Of a stretch of 64,000 bases of DNA, positions 1 to 17,900 are shown piece after piece (position 1 is the stretch's first letter; each line of letters opens with the position of its first letter). The stretch comes from the human T2T-CHM13v2.0 reference genome, Homo sapiens. The translations under genes and the position numbers were made by a program. The notes below the pieces were generated by a model. It worked only from the letters and a program-made list of their open reading frames with translations, was not told the DNA's origin and searched no databases. The DNA lies in assembly GCF_009914755.1 (NCBI RefSeq), contig NC_060931.1, one strand, 5' to 3'.

Positions 1-823
1 TTTTATAAACTTCTGAAGTATGAAGCCTTCTTAACAGACAAGACATATAGCTAAATTTTGAACTGGGATTTTAGGAGTGAGGAGGTGGTTCTTGCCTGTG
101 TTTTATGTGAGTGAGAGCAAGTGAGTGTGTGTGTGTAGGCAGGGGAACTCTGCTTCTTGTCAGTGACTTCCTCAGATTCCTCTATCCCTCCGCCTCCCCG
201 ACTACTGCTGCTGCAGTGGCTGCTCCCTGGGTTGTAGGAAGTGAGTGATAATGATGACGTCGGGGTGGAGAGTGACAAGCAACAACAGAGATTTCAATCT
301 GCGGCTGACGAATGGGCCCATCATAATGCACTGGAATGAAATCGTAGGGACCACATCAAAGGCAGCCTCCAGTTTGTGGGACGCAGTCCCAACACTCCAA
401 GGAGAGAAGGCCATAGAGTATATCCAGCATATGCGAAGGGAAAAACCACACGCCACTGAGATATTGATGACCTCAGCGGCAGAATGCTCTTCTGAAGGAG
501 GAAGTCCGTGCACCGAAGGGGAGGTCAAGTGCCCAGCCACAGGCCAACTATCCCTCCTCAGACAGCATCCTCTACACCAATGCCAAGGGCAGCACCACCT
601 CTGCCTTTGATGGGGGCTCCGACTGCAGCTCAGAGTTGGAGCCTGAAGAGGCCTGAAGTAGGAAGAAACTCCAGATGGAGGCCAGCTGAGTTACTCAGGG
701 CAGGCCAGCAATAAACACTGTCTCCATCATCCTCCTTTCCGTTTCCTCAGAACCATTTGAGAGACTATTTTTCTCTTTCTCCCTTAAAAATTGTTTTTTA
801 AATTTTTATGTAAAAGCTCTTGG

Positions 824-1103
824 GGCCTGGCACAGTGGCTCACGCCTGTAATCCCAGCACTTTGGGAGGCTGAGGCGGGCAGATCAGTTGAAGTCAGGAG
901 TTCGAGACCAGCCTGGCCAACATGGTGAAACCCTGTCTCTACTAAAATTACAAAAATTAGCCTGGCGTGGTGGTGCACGCCTGTAATCCTGGCTACTCCG
1001 GAGGCTGAGGCAGGATAATTGCTTGAGCCCAGGATATGGAGGTTGCGGTGAGCCTAGATGGCACCACTGCACTCCAGCCTGGGCAACAGAGCAAGAGTCT
1101 GTC
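824..1103 (+). mobile_element. Alu (S/J) inserted in MAX pseudogene 3'UTR
   Basis: Alu consensus; flanking near-repeat aaaagctcttg / aaaagttcttg; tail replaced by C-rich sequence. Confidence 0.9.
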
Positions 1104-1450
1104 CCCCTCCCTACCCCACCCCCCCAAAAAAGTTCTTGTCCTCCTTCCCCATTTCTACTATAACTTAAAAAAAAAAAAAAGTGTTCCCTTCAGGGATTCC
1201 CTGTCTCCACCAAGAATTTTTAGACCAAAACACCCTAGCTTGGCAGCTTTTTCTGTGGAGGACAGATGGCCAGCCTGACCTCTGAGCACAGTATCCTGCC
1301 CACTCCACCAGCTCCTGCAGCCCTGCCCAGGCACATGCCTGGAGGACACCTGCCCCACCCAGGCTGCCTCCAGGTCCATGCTCACCTCTGTTTAACAGAC
1401 TTTGAGAATCTGTGAACTGCTCTTAAGAAGATGACTTTAAGAAGATGACT

Positions 1451-1776
<326 letters not shown>

Positions 1777-3159
1777 TCAGATTTACACTTTCTCCTTTTT
1801 AAAGACTTTCTTCTCTTTTTCTAAAAAGCTATTTATCCCTCCAATTGAGTGACCAGATCCTTAAAGAAGTTTGTGGTGTAAAAAAAAGAGGGGTCGTGTT
1901 TGCAGCACAGAACCTTTGGCGTGTTTCTCTCCTGCTTCTCAGCCAATTGTTTAAGCCTACGGTGCCAGCCTTAAGGAGGGCTGCATGACACCTGTGGTAT
2001 GTATTGGAGATGGCAGCAGTGAAGTCGCAGCCACCAGGGAGTGGTCCTTTGGGGTTGGGCAGGGAGGGCAATATTGGGTGATGTAGAGGTTTTGTACTGA
2101 GGGCCAATGATGGTGTTTCGATATTTATTTCCTGCTACTGAAATTTGAATCTGAGTGAGTTGTCCCTATTTCTTGATAATACCGGTATTGCAAAGTGACA
2201 GATTCATAAAGTAATGATCAAATCTTGCTTTCTGTGTGTATGTCTAAGAAATAGAGCCAACTGATTTTGTATATAAATACCAAGAGTGATTTACCTGGTG
2301 CTAAACCGGTATCCCAGTGTGGGCCTTTCCCTGCCCCAGCTACTTCCCTTCCTGCGGCCCTGGTACCTGCCTCCATTGTGTGATCCAGCCCTGGTTCTGG
2401 CTGCAGTCAACAGATCCCAGTGAAGGGTTTTGTGTGTTTAGGCCTCATTTGTCTTTTTCCTGCTCCGTTCCTGGCATTTGCTAATTTCTAGTATATATTC
2501 TGTAGTCTCTGTCTGGGTTTGATTCCATTCCATAGAAATAAAAAGTATGTTGTACATATCCTTGCAAGTTAAGGCTTCCTCCCTTTACTATCAGACTACA
2601 AGACTATAGTCTTAAAAAAATAAAGATTTTGGATTTACTGTGTTTCATATTGTTTTCTTATCATTTTGTCCCAAATTACCACTGACTGTGGATCAGAATC
2701 GGGGGCAGTGGAGAAGTGTGTGGGAGGGAGAGGCGGGCAGGCCTGCAGCTGCATCATACTGCTGACCAGAAATGTTTGTGTGACACAGCGGGGAGAGGCT
2801 GACATTCAGCCTGACCTCTGCATTCTGTTACCTGGGGCATGGAGAGAGGGCGCCAGGTGCAGCACGCACTCTTCACCGAAGCAAGCAGAGAGGATAAAAC
2901 CAGTGTTGGATAGTTTGTTTTGAAAAGCTACATTTAAATTTTAAATAAATGCAGGATTTAAATATGGCATTTTTACTGAGTGAATCAGTTTGGTGGGTTA
3001 GAAAATCAAAAAGAGGTACATACTCTCTTCCTAGTCATTACTACTGTAGTTTTGGTCAGTTAGTAATATAGAAATTATGTCTGAACTTAATCTGGGCTGT
3101 AACAGCTGTTAATATACAACATAATCTTTTCTAAATATTTGTCTAGTGTTTTCTCAACT

Positions 3160-3202
<43 letters not shown>

Positions 3203-3478
3203 TTTTTTGAGACTAAGTCTTGCTCTGTCGCCCACGCTAGAGTGCAGTGGCACAGTCTGAGATCACTACAACCTCCGCCTCCCGGGTTCAAGTGATTCTC
3301 CTACCTCAGCCTTCCAAGTAGCAGAGATTACAGGTGCTCGCCACTATGATCGGCTAGTTTTTGTATTTTTAGTAGAGATGAGGTTTCACCTTCTTTGCCA
3401 GGCTGTTCTCCAACTCCTTGACCTCAGGTGATCTGCCTGCCTCCACCTCCTAAACTGCTGGGATCACAGCACCCGGCC
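3160..3478 (-). mobile_element. Alu with (TTTA)n tail microsatellite
   Basis: Reverse Alu consensus; (ttta)~11 at 3160-3205. Confidence 0.9.
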
Positions 3479-3877
3479 TTCCCAATTATTTTGAACAATT
3501 TTAAATCTTCAAAAGAGTTGGAAGAAAGGTACCATGAACCCATACAGTTTTCACCTAGATTCGCCAGTTGTCAACAGTTTGCACATTTGCTTTTTTTGTG
3601 TGTGTGTATATATATATGCTAGTTTTCTTCCCTAAATTGTAGACACTATGACACTTACTAAATATGATGACACTTACTTGCTAAATATTTTAACAAGTAA
3701 GAACAAGGATATTTTCCTTCCTAACCACAACACCATTATCATATCCAAGAAATTTGACAATAAAATACAATAAAAATATCTAATCTGTCCATTAAAATTT
3801 CCTCAATTGTCCCAAAAATGCACTTTATAACTTTTTTTTTTTTTTTTAACCCGGGATCCAATTAAGAATCACACATT

Positions 3878-4517
<640 letters not shown>

Positions 4518-4693
4518 CAATATTTAGTTATCTCTTTAGTCAATTTTTATTCTAAAACAGTTCCCTGGCTTTTCGGAGGATGGGAGGCTTTTATAACTGA
4601 CATTTTTTAGCTGTTTTGGAAAAGGTCCTACAATTTGTTTTCTTTTAAACAGGTTAAACAGTTGTGGCCAGAATACCACACTTGTACAGCTGA

Positions 4694-6940
<2,247 letters not shown>

Positions 6941-7458
6941 ATTTAGTGCTTAGAATCACTGGTATGGGACTGGAAAAGGTGGAGATCAAAAATTAGAATT
7001 TTAAAAGGCAAGTATCAGAGAAGACCACTGGATAAGAGAATTGAGAGTAACGGTCCTTAAAGTGCTGGTCTCTTGGGGTATAGACTAGACAGAAAAGGAC
7101 TGAAGCCTTCCAGAAGGGGGCTCATAGCTCATGAGAATATGGAATAGCTGAGTGGAGATCTGGCTAAGGTCAAAGGGCTGATAGGAGAGGAGGTAGGATT
7201 TGGGAGTATACTTCACAGGTCTAGGATATGACAAAGTGTTAACGATCACGGTAGAGCACTGCTGAAGGGGAGTGAAGGTGAAGGTCACTGGAAGGAAGGA
7301 GATCTGGAAAGTACAAGTGCATATGGCCTTGAAGTCACCCAAAATTACGATAATGTGGCACTGAAAGGAAGGCTGTGGGTTAGATGCCAAAGCCTTCAGT
7401 GAATGAGGAGACTGCCTCAGAAATCAACAGATTAAGACATTAAGAAGGGCTAAAGGTA

Positions 7459-7888
<430 letters not shown>

Positions 7889-8099
7889 TTAGAGAAAACA
7901 CCTTTGAAAAAGCCTTAGAGGAAAAGCTAGGCTTCATTTAAGCCTTATCTTAAGGAGAGGATAAGGTTCTACGAAATAAATTTTAATAACTATCCTTATA
8001 TTGCGTTCAGAGGCTGTGCCAGACACTTGTTGGGCGCTGAGGATGGAGTCATGAGCTCAACAGGTGAAGTCCTCACCCTCAGTGTAGCTCACAGTCCGG

Positions 8100-8259
8100 C
8101 ATCTTGCAACTCAAAGTCTGGTCCATAGACCAGCAACATCATTTGGGGTTGAAAGAAATGCAGAAAGTTAGGCCCTACCATAGACGTACTGAATCAGAAC
8201 CTGTAGTTTAATAAGATGCCCAGGTGATGTGAATGAAGATTAAAGTTGAGAAGCACTGG
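8100..8259. mobile_element. MER5A (hAT-Charlie) DNA transposon
   Basis: ctcaaagtctggtcc...gaaatgcaga...tactgaatcagaa...aaagttgagaagcactg, typical of MER5A. Confidence 0.75.
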
Positions 8260-8522
8260 TTAAGTCTTGAGTGAGTCAAGTTTTAACCTGGACAGACTGG
8301 AAAGTATGGTGTGTTGTAGCCATCTCCTAGTATCCCTTCCCTCTTCCCTCTTGGCAGCCACTTTAGTTCAGAGACCCTGCCCTTTCTAGTTGTAGTTGAT
8401 TGTGGAGCATCTGACACCATCTTGACCCATCAGTTTTCCTTTCCCTGGCATTCGAGAATGGCAAAGAGAGAGAGATCCTATTAGGAGTAAACTCAACTTA
8501 CTTGAGTTTACTTGTTAAATGG

Positions 8523-8896
8523 TGATATGGTTTGGCTCTGTGGCCCCTCCCAAATCTCATCTCCAATTGTAATCCCTGTAGCCCCGACGTGTCGAGGGAG
8601 GGACCTGGCGGGAGGTGATTGGATCACGGGGGCAGTTTCCCCCATGCTGTTGTTCTCTTGATAGTGAGTGAGTTCTCAAGAGATCTGATGGTTTAAAAGT
8701 GTTTGGCAGCTCCCCCCTCCCTTTTTCTCTCCTGCTACCATGTGAGATATTCCTTGCTTCCCTTTAGCTTTCCACCATGATTTTAAGTATGCCGAGGCCT
8801 CCCCAGCCATGCAGAATTGTCAGTTAAACGCCTATCCTCTACAAATTACCCAGTCTTAGGGAGTTCTTTATAGCAGTGCGAAAACAGACTAATACA
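8523..8896 (+). mobile_element. THE1D-like MaLR solo LTR
   Basis: TGATATGGTTTGGCTCTGTG...AAAACAGACTAATACA termini; 5-bp TSD AATGG at 8518-8522 and 8897-8901. Confidence 0.9.
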
Positions 8897-9282
8897 AATG
8901 GCTAACCACAGAGTGTCTCTATTGGTTAGCCATTTAATAAATAAACCCAGGTCGGTTGCTGTGGCAATATGCTGGAAAGCAGAAAAACCAGGAAGTGGGT
9001 GGGGGAAGACAGAGAGAACAATGAGAGATGTTTGGAGAAAAGCAGAAATAGGAAATGTTGATTAGATTTCTATAGCTTTCCTATTCCCTAGGTAAACTAA
9101 ACATCCTAAATTCCTTCCATTGATTGAACAGACCCTCTTTTTGGCCAAAGGGACTCCAGAAAGACCTTAAAACTGAGTTCCCAGACATGATGGTACGGGA
9201 GGTCAGACATGCCTCGTTATATCCCCTCTCCTTTGCAGTTTAAATGCAACAACTGATCAGCATTAATGTTAAAACACAGACC

Positions 9283-10560
<1,278 letters not shown>

Positions 10561-11499
10561 AAAACACACACATACACAGACCGGAAGACTGACAGAACAG
10601 ACTCTTTGTGGCGATGATACAAATTGTCAACAGGACCTATGGCCATCCCAGGCAAGAAACCCAGCTAGGCCAGTGAAACTGAGAGCCAACCTGATGAGGC
10701 CTGCCAAATGCAACTTCTCTCACTTGTTTTTAGTCACCTGCTTTTAGTGGATTAAAAAACCCACATAGCTAAAGTCACAGAGCTAAACAATATATATCTA
10801 AGCTCCCACTATCTTCCTTATGGATAACATCTCTGACATCTGGGTTGCTTGATAAAGGTTTCTTGTTTTTCAGGAAGTTGGGGTCAGTTCTTGTACAGTT
10901 TAAACCACCAACCTCTCAACTGGGCCTGCATGAAAGCCCGATGGGTGTCCTTCTGACATTAGAGGGCCAAAACCTCCACACTCAGATCATGCTAAGGATG
11001 TCATTTTGTGACCATGTATCCTATAAAGAGCCATGAAGCTTGACTACCTCGCGCAGATAACCCATTGCCAAACTTTTCCTTACCTTCAACCGCCTTTCCC
11101 CACACCTCAGACCACCCTGCTCCTCTATCCCATAAATATCCCTAAAACCCATCTTTGGGGAGGCAGATTTGAGATCTGTTCTCCCGTCTCCTCGGCTGGC
11201 TGCCTGGTGAATAAACCTTTTCTCTGCTACAAAACTCATCATCTCAGTGACTGGCGTGCGGCACACGGCAGCATGGGCCCCATACGGTACCCAGCCTCTA
11301 CCTTGATTACACAACACCTGATTACACAACGCTGATTACACAGCACACCTGCGGAGCTTTGAGAGCTACAAGCCTCCTTTCCTCCCCGCAAAGTCCAGCT
11401 GGGCCCAAGTAGAGGATGCTGCAAAAGCCCCCACGATTCAGCTGCGAACCTAGGGATGGGACCCGCTGCTCATGCCGTCCTTCTAGGTTAGAGAGCCCT

Positions 11500-12300
11500 A
11501 AACTGGGCTGTGTATCAGAATAGTCCGCGTGCTGAGAATAATATAGATTCCTGGGCCTCGGCCCAGGTTTACAGAGGCGGGATGCTCAAGGATGCCCAGC
11601 CAGGCTCGGGACTTGCTCTTCGCAAGTCCTGTCGCGCGCTCGCTGCCCCGCCGGTTCAGGCGGTGAGGCCAACGCGCTCCGCCAGGGGGAACCTGGGCGC
11701 TGCGACACTGCAAGTCGTTTCCGGGCGCGGGCTGAGTGGGAGGAGCGGGGCGGGGCGTGGCGTGACCCGGAAGTCGACGAGGGGTTCCGCCCCCCCCCGC
11801 GCATGGGGAGGTAGGCTCGGACCGGCCCGCGGAGCTGCTGCAGTCCTTCGCGCCCTCCTCGCCCTCCCCACCGACATCATGCTCCAGTTCCTGGTGAGTG
11901 GAGCTGCCGAAGAGCGGGGCCCGCTGCCTGGGGCGTGCCTCGGACCCCATTTCCCCCTTGAGGATTGCCGACCCCGCCGACCCGGCCTGGGCGTGGGTCC
12001 AGCGGTCCCTTCGTCCCCCGCGCCTGGTCGTCGCCTCGCAGGGCGGCCGTTTTCTTCCTGCCTCCCCAGAAAATCCCTTTGCCAATATTTTTCTGCAGCC
12101 ATCCAAGTCCCTAAAACTTTGAGGTGTCAGAGAGTGTGCGTTTCCAGAGCTTCTTATTGTGTGCCGCGCCCCGCGCTCATTGTGCAATCTTTGTATTAAA
12201 GCTTGTGTGGTCCTTGATGACTTTTCGTAGTCCGCCCCCCTTTCTTTCTGCGCTCCTGTTCCATTACATGGTCGCCGGCCGGTCCCTGCTGTGGAGCCCT
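11500..12300 (+). promoter_or_regulatory. STMP1: CpG-island promoter of STMP1 with Sp/KLF GC box (11747-11756) and ETS/GABP site CCGGAAGT (11767-11774)
   Basis: Dense CpG around exon 1; motifs read directly from sequence. Confidence 0.85.
11879..11893 (+). CDS. STMP1: STMP1 (C7orf73, short transmembrane mitochondrial protein 1) coding exon 1: MLQFL
   Basis: gacatcATGCTCCAGTTCCTG|gtgagt donor; joins exons 2-3 to give 47 aa. Confidence 0.95.
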
Positions 12301-12584
12301 GCTAGTTGGCTTTTCTGAGGAGGTAGGAAGGCCAGGAATAAACCGTAAATTAGCCACCTCACGAAGTCCGAGAGGCTAAGTCCTCATCAGACCTTTCAGA
12401 GTTGGAGGAATGAGTCAGACACTGGTATACAAGTAATTTTTCCCAAAATGTGTAAGCATGAGTAAGCAGACTATTTCTCTTGGCTCCTTATTTGAGTTAA
12501 AAACGAGTTTTCTGGCAAAACTCGGTATATTTCAAAAATTGCTTGGTGAAGGTTCCAGGAGTTGCTCATCAAATTTTCAAGTGA

Positions 12585-13311
<727 letters not shown>

Positions 13312-13643
13312 TAATGGATTGTTAAATCCAATTAGTCAAAAGAGTGTCCTTAATCTGCCCAGCTAAGACAGGGCTGCTCCTTTGCCTCTAGGAGTTTCTG
13401 TAGTGTCCTAACTAGATGTTAGTTTAGGAGTTCAGAATAATGACAGTCATTTTCTTGTAGTAAACACTAGATTAAAAGCGGTATCACTTAGCTCCAGAGT
13501 ATAGAATGATGTAATTGAGCTGCTTACTATATCTGTTGCTCATTGATAAACTGAGAGGACATGATTCAATTACAGTTAACTTTCTAAGTGGTTTTGCAGA
13601 ATGAGTCTATTTGGTTTTGCAATAAACTTTTACTGTGTGTTAA

Positions 13644-13905
13644 TTTTTTTTTTTTTTTTTTTTTTTTGAGACAAGGTTTCTCTTTGTCACCTAGGCTAGA
13701 GTCCAGTGGCACAATCATGGCTCAGTGCAGTCTTTAATTCCTGGCCTCAAGCAGCCTTCCCACCTCAGCCTCTTTAGTAGTAGCTAGGACTACAGGCCCG
13801 CACTATCACCCGTGACTAATTTTTAAATTTTTTTTTTGTAGAGACAGGTCTTGCCTAGGCCTCCCACAGTGTTGGGATTACAGGCATGAGCCACCACTGT
13901 GCCTG
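13644..13905 (-). mobile_element. AluJ with internal deletion
   Basis: Reverse Alu, diverged. Confidence 0.8.
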
Positions 13906-14189
13906 GTCAGATTCTGATTTGAGAATTCAGAATTCTCAGTATTTAAGGAGAGATGCTAAAGCTGTCAATTATATTCCTAGCTCAGAAGTAACTGAACACT
14001 GATGTTCTCTCACCCTCTGGTCTTCCACCTCATTGCTTTTTTTTTTAAATAAGTGGATAGCATTACTTTTCACATTGATTCCACCTCTGTCAAATGAGCC
14101 ACTGACTCTAAAGTTGAGCAAGTATTTCTCTTTGTGTGCAGTCATTTCATCTATTAAAAAATGACCATCATGTTCTAGTGTTTAAGAGA

Positions 14190-14400
14190 TTAAACTTCAG
14201 AGTCAGACTTCTCAGTTTGAACTCTGCCTCCCATCATTTTCAAGCTGTGGTAGCGTGGGTGGGCTATTGAAATTTTCTGTGCTCCCATTTCCACATCTGA
14301 AAATGCAAACCCACCTCACAGTTTTGTTGTGAGGATTAAAAATGAGTTAACACATTAAAGAACTTAAAAACAGGAGCACTCAACAAGGATTCAGATAGTG
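14190..14400 (+). mobile_element. MIR
   Basis: MIR core (cacctcacagttttgttgtgaggattaaa). Confidence 0.7.
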
Positions 14401-14759
14401 TTCAGTTTTTCTTTTGCAGGGTTCATTTGAACCCTGATTGAGTTTCTTCTCAAGTGGGGATTAGCTTCTCTCAGAAGGGTAGGTGATAGGAAAGGTTTAG
14501 AAGTGATGAAACAGTCACAAGTTAAGCAGTGCGTTGTCATTACACATTTTGGAACCGTCTAAGATGTTTCTCCTACAGTTGTGATTTGTGGACAGTTTGA
14601 AAACCACTGCACTTGCTTGTGTTGGTGATAACGTCCTTCCATTATTCATATTCCTCCTCAGATTAAAATATTCTCCCTTTGTCCCTATCTTGAAGAGACC
14701 TTGTTCCTGTGATTTTCCCCTTTTCTTTTACTGCAGTTTTTCCCCTTTATTATTACTAT

Positions 14760-14885
14760 TTTTAATAGTGGAGATAGGGTCTCACTATATTGCCCAGGCT
14801 GGTCTTGAACTCCCAGGCTGAAGCAATCCTCCCACCTCAGTCTCTCAAAGTGTTGGATTATGGGCTTGAGCCACTGCTCCTAGAC
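14760..14885 (-). mobile_element. Alu monomer (FLAM-like)
   Basis: Single-arm reverse Alu ending in the gagatagggtctcactatattgcccaggctggtc motif. Confidence 0.8.
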
Positions 14886-14901
14886 TTTTTTTTTTTTTTT
14901 T

Positions 14902-15001
14902 AAATGCAGTGCTTCAGAAATTTGTGTGTCGTCTTTGCGCAGGGGCCATTCTGATCTCTGTATCATTCCAGTTTTAGTGTATGTGCTGCCAAAGTGAGCA
15001 C
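14902..15001 (-). pseudogene. U6 snRNA retropseudogene (full length)
   Basis: Reverse complement GTGCTCACTTTGGCAGCACATACACTAAAACTGGAATGATACAGAGATCAGAATGGCCCCTGCGCAAAGACGACACACAAATTTCTGAAGCACTGCATTT matches U6; A16 tail at 14886-14901. Confidence 0.93.
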
Positions 15002-15205
15002 CCCCCTTTCTTTTACTGCAGTAAAAGACACCTCTTTGCAGATAGTTACCAACACTACCTGAGGGAAGCTACTGCTTCCTTAATCGTAAGGTTTAGCTAG
15101 AGTTATTTTAAGGATGCTTTTGGCGGGAAGCTAACATGATGGCACTGCTGGGGGCTTTGTGCACACTGCCTATGATGTTGTTATTGTGTTATTGTAATCT
15201 GTTGC

Positions 15206-15940
<735 letters not shown>

Positions 15941-16049
15941 TTACACTATTACATTATGATCCATTTCCTCATTTATTTAGGTCTCATGTCTTTTCAGTAA
16001 CTTCTGAATAATTATCTTGCACCTTGTTTGTTATGTTTATTTCTATTTT

Positions 16050-17500
16050 GTTAATTATTTCACCAGTTGATGGACATTCAAGATGTTTCCACTTTTGGCT
16101 ATGATGAGTAATCCTGCTAGGAATATTTGTATACAGGCTTTTGTGTGGATATGTATTTCAGTTCTGTTGAGTATATACCCTAAAGTGGGATTGCTGCATT
16201 ATGTGGTATCTTTATGCTCAACTTTTTGAGGAACTTTTGGACTGTTTTCCAGAGTAGCTGCACCGTTTTACATTCTCACTAGTAATGTATGACGGCTTCA
16301 ATTTCTCCACATCCTCGCCAACATTTCGTGTAGCTCTTATTGTTTTTGTTAAAGTAATTCTAGTGGGTGTGATGTAGTTCCTCATTATGGTTTTGCTTTG
16401 CATTTCCTCAGTGACTAATGTTGAGCATCTTTTCATATGCTTGTTGACTGTTTGTAGCTTTGGAGAAATCCTTTCACATCATTTGTCCATTTTTATTTTT
16501 GTTTTATTTTATTTATTTATTTTTGAGACGGAGTCTCGCTTTGTCGCCCAGGCTGGAGTGCAGTGGTGCAGTCTCGGCTCACTGCAACCTCTGCTTCCTG
16601 GGTTCAAGTGATTTCTCCTGCCTCAGCCTCCCGAGTAGCTGGGACTACAGGCGTCCACCACCATGCCTGGCTAATTTTTGTATTTTTAGTAGAGGCGGGG
16701 TTTCACCAAGTTGGCCAGGCTGGTAATTGAACTCCTGACCTCAGGTGATCCCCCAACCTTGGCCTCCCAAACTGTGGGATTACAGGTGTGAACCACTGTG
16801 CCTGGCCAATTTGCCCATTTTTAAATTGAGTTTTTTTGTGTCACTCAGTTGTAAGAATTATTTATATATTCTGGATACACATCCCTTATCAGATATATAT
16901 TTGAAAATATTTTATCTCATTCTGTGTGTTGTCTTTTGACTTTCTTGATGGTGTTCTCTGAAACACAGATATTTTTAATTTTGATGAGGTCCAATTTTTT
17001 TTTTTGGTTACTTGTACTTTTGGTGTCATATCTAAGAAAACTATTTGCCCAGCCCCACTCATGTGAAACACAGATATTTTTAATTTTGATGAAGTCCAAT
17101 TTTTTTTTTTGGTTACTTGTACTTTTGGTGTCATATCTAAGAAAACTATTTGCCCAGCCCCACTCATGAAGGTTTACGCCTATGATTTCTTTGAAGAGTT
17201 TTATAGTTTTAGCTCTTACATTTAGGTCTTTAATCCATTTTGAGTTAATTTTTGTATATAGTGTGAGATAGGAGTCCACCTTTATTCTTTGCATGTGGAT
17301 ATCCCATTGTCCCAGCACCATTTCTTGAAAAGATTATTCCCAGCACCATTTCTTGGAAAGACTATTCTTTCTATATTGAGTTCCTTGGCACTCTTGTTGA
17401 AAATCACTTGACCATAAGCCTTTATGGTGTATTCCTGGGCTCTCCACTTTATTCCATTGATCTTTATTGATCAATAGAAACAATTCAGTCTTCTTTCCTT
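16050..17500 (-). mobile_element. L1M (ORF2 3' end / 3'UTR) fragment interrupted by an Alu at ~16490-16807
   Basis: Minus ORF 16917-17321 (YLTLYTKINSKWIKDLNVRAKTIKL) resembles the L1 ORF2 C-terminus. Confidence 0.85.
16959..17168. repeat. Near-perfect 105-bp tandem duplication
   Basis: 16959-17063 and 17064-17168 differ at one base (gaggtcc vs gaagtcc). Confidence 0.95.
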
Positions 17501-17705
17501 GCCACCACAGTAATCGGCTTTTCTCTAATGGGTACTTGGTTTTCTTAAAAAAAAAATTACCTTTTTAAATTCCTACATCTTTTCATCATCTAATAGGTCC
17601 TTGTTTCCTCAGCCTTTTCTGAGTATAGGTACCGGGAGAGTGCTTCTCAGGCAGTGCTTTCATCATGTTGCTGAGGGCAGAGTAGTCAGTGTCTCCCTAC
17701 CATGA

Positions 17706-17900
<195 letters not shown>

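Noticed and set aside
245-610. 121-aa ORF
   Set aside because: Mixed-frame read-through of the decayed MAX pseudogene; only short stretches are in the MAX frame
11498-12199. Overlapping 229-aa ORFs on both strands
   Set aside because: Stop-poor CpG-island sequence spanning the STMP1 exon 1 donor; low-complexity Arg/Gly/Pro/Ala, non-ATG starts, no recognisable domain
14902-15001. Functional U6 gene
   Set aside because: Many substitutions and a deletion next to the ACAGAGA box, poly(A) tail and TSD, no PSE/TATA recognised
16917-17321. 134-aa ORF with internal repeat
   Set aside because: L1 ORF2 remnant plus the 105-bp duplication
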